A program made the translations under genes and the position numbers. A stretch of 64,000 nucleotides of DNA from the NCBI GenBank assembly GCA_964493715.1, contig CAZBPC010000002.1, positions 4,814 to 68,813 of the forward strand, written 5' to 3'. Each line of letters starts with the position of its first letter. Within the stretch, counting starts at the first letter, position 1. Of the stretch, positions 63,340-64,000 are shown in pieces. Source of the stretch: an uncultured archaeon. GTDB lineage: Archaea > Asgardarchaeota > Lokiarchaeia > Sigyniarchaeales > SOKP01. Under the pieces are notes generated by a model that saw only the letters and a program-made list of their open reading frames with translations, ran no database searches and had not been told where the DNA came from.

Positions 63340-64000
63340 ATGATGAATATAAAGCGCGTCATTTCTGCAATAGAAAAGAATTACATAATTCAAAATCTTA
63401 GAAAAGAAGAACGGTTTGATGATCGAGGTCTATGGGATTACCGAAAAATTTCTATTAAGCACGATGTCATTGCTTCAGCTGAGGGATCTGCTGATGTGTC
63501 TTTAGGTAAAACAAGAATAGTCACTGGATTAAAATATGAAGTCGGGGAACCCTTTCCAGATATGCCTAATGAGGGTGTATGTACAGTTATGGCGGAGTTG
63601 TTGCCTATAGCATCCCCACTCTTTGAAAGAGGTCCGCCTGATGAACAATCTATTGAATTAGCACGCGTAGTCGACCGAGGAATCAGACATGCTGATTGTG
63701 TTCAAACTAAGAAATTATGCATAGAACCTAATAAAGCAGTTTACATTCTCTTTGTTGATATGTATGTGTTGAATTATGCGGGAAATTTAATTGATGCAGG
63801 AGGAATAAGTGCGTTAACCTCATTGATATCGAGCCATATTCCAGAAGGTAAAATGGAAGAGGGAAAACTCGTGTGGACTGGGAAATATTTAGATGGAGAA
63901 TATATTGTAAAGGAACTTCCTTTAGTTTTAACTTACGGTAAGATTGATAATATGATCTTTCTGGATCCTAGTTTACCCGAAGAATTAATCTGCGACGGAA
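63340..64000 (+). CDS. rrp42: Exosome ring subunit Rrp42 (RNase PH-like), 3'-truncated by window edge
   Basis: An open frame from ATG 63340 to the window end: RFDDRGLWDYRKISIKHDVIASAEGSADVSLGKTRIV. Follows rrp41. Confidence 0.85.
   Translation, partial: MMNIKRVISAIEKNYIIQNLRKEERFDDRGLWDYRKISIKHDVIASAEGSADVSLGKTRIVTGLKYEVGEPFPDMPNEGVCTVMAELLPIASPLFERGPPDEQSIELARVVDRGIRHADCVQTKKLCIEPNKAVYILFVDMYVLNYAGNLIDAGGISALTSLISSHIPEGKMEEGKLVWTGKYLDGEYIVKELPLVLTYGKIDNMIFLDPSLPEELICDG

Noticed and set aside
1-64000. CRISPR arrays, rRNA genes, IS elements
   Set aside because: No regularly spaced direct repeats, no rRNA-like GC-rich blocks, and no transposase-like ORFs or terminal inverted repeats were found on either strand.

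Overview
AT-rich archaeal chromosomal segment. The gene content points to an Asgard (Loki-type) archaeon: PolD small subunit, Orc1/Cdc6, archease and RtcB, Pelota, Elf1, fibrillarin and Nop5, Elp3, GatDE, TFB, a profilin-like protein, and the psmA-SBDS-Rrp4-Rrp41-Rrp42 superoperon. I annotate about 70 features, including 4 tRNAs, 3 of which carry introns. No rRNA, CRISPR array or obvious transposon was seen.

Main hunt results:
1. Two essential protein-coding genes, rtcB and rnhB (RNase HII), are each interrupted inside a universally conserved motif by a 29-30 nt insert. Each insert folds into a textbook bulge-helix-bulge (BHB) splicing motif, and excising it restores the frame exactly. The same architecture occurs in tRNA introns at non-canonical D-loop and T-loop positions in this window. 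These look like endonuclease/RtcB-spliced mRNA mini-introns, and one of them sits in the ligase gene itself.
2. An 8-gene, 8.9 kb tightly packed operon (21603-30495) consists mostly of unrecognisable proteins. It also encodes a classical AAA+ ATPase, a coiled-coil protein with degenerate SMC/Rad50-like head motifs, and a ScpB-like tandem winged-helix protein.
3. Several genes appear to start at AUU/AUA codons behind good Shine-Dalgarno sites.
4. Further observations: an actin-regulator-like set (a WH2-like 50-aa microprotein, a polyproline protein, profilin); adjacent AN1 zinc-finger fusions to a rhomboid pseudoprotease and an S2P protease; tandem RHH-HisKA-REC proteins lacking a kinase domain; and a degenerate Hint/HNH protein with four C2H2 fingers.

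All functional calls rest on by-eye motif recognition. No database search was run.
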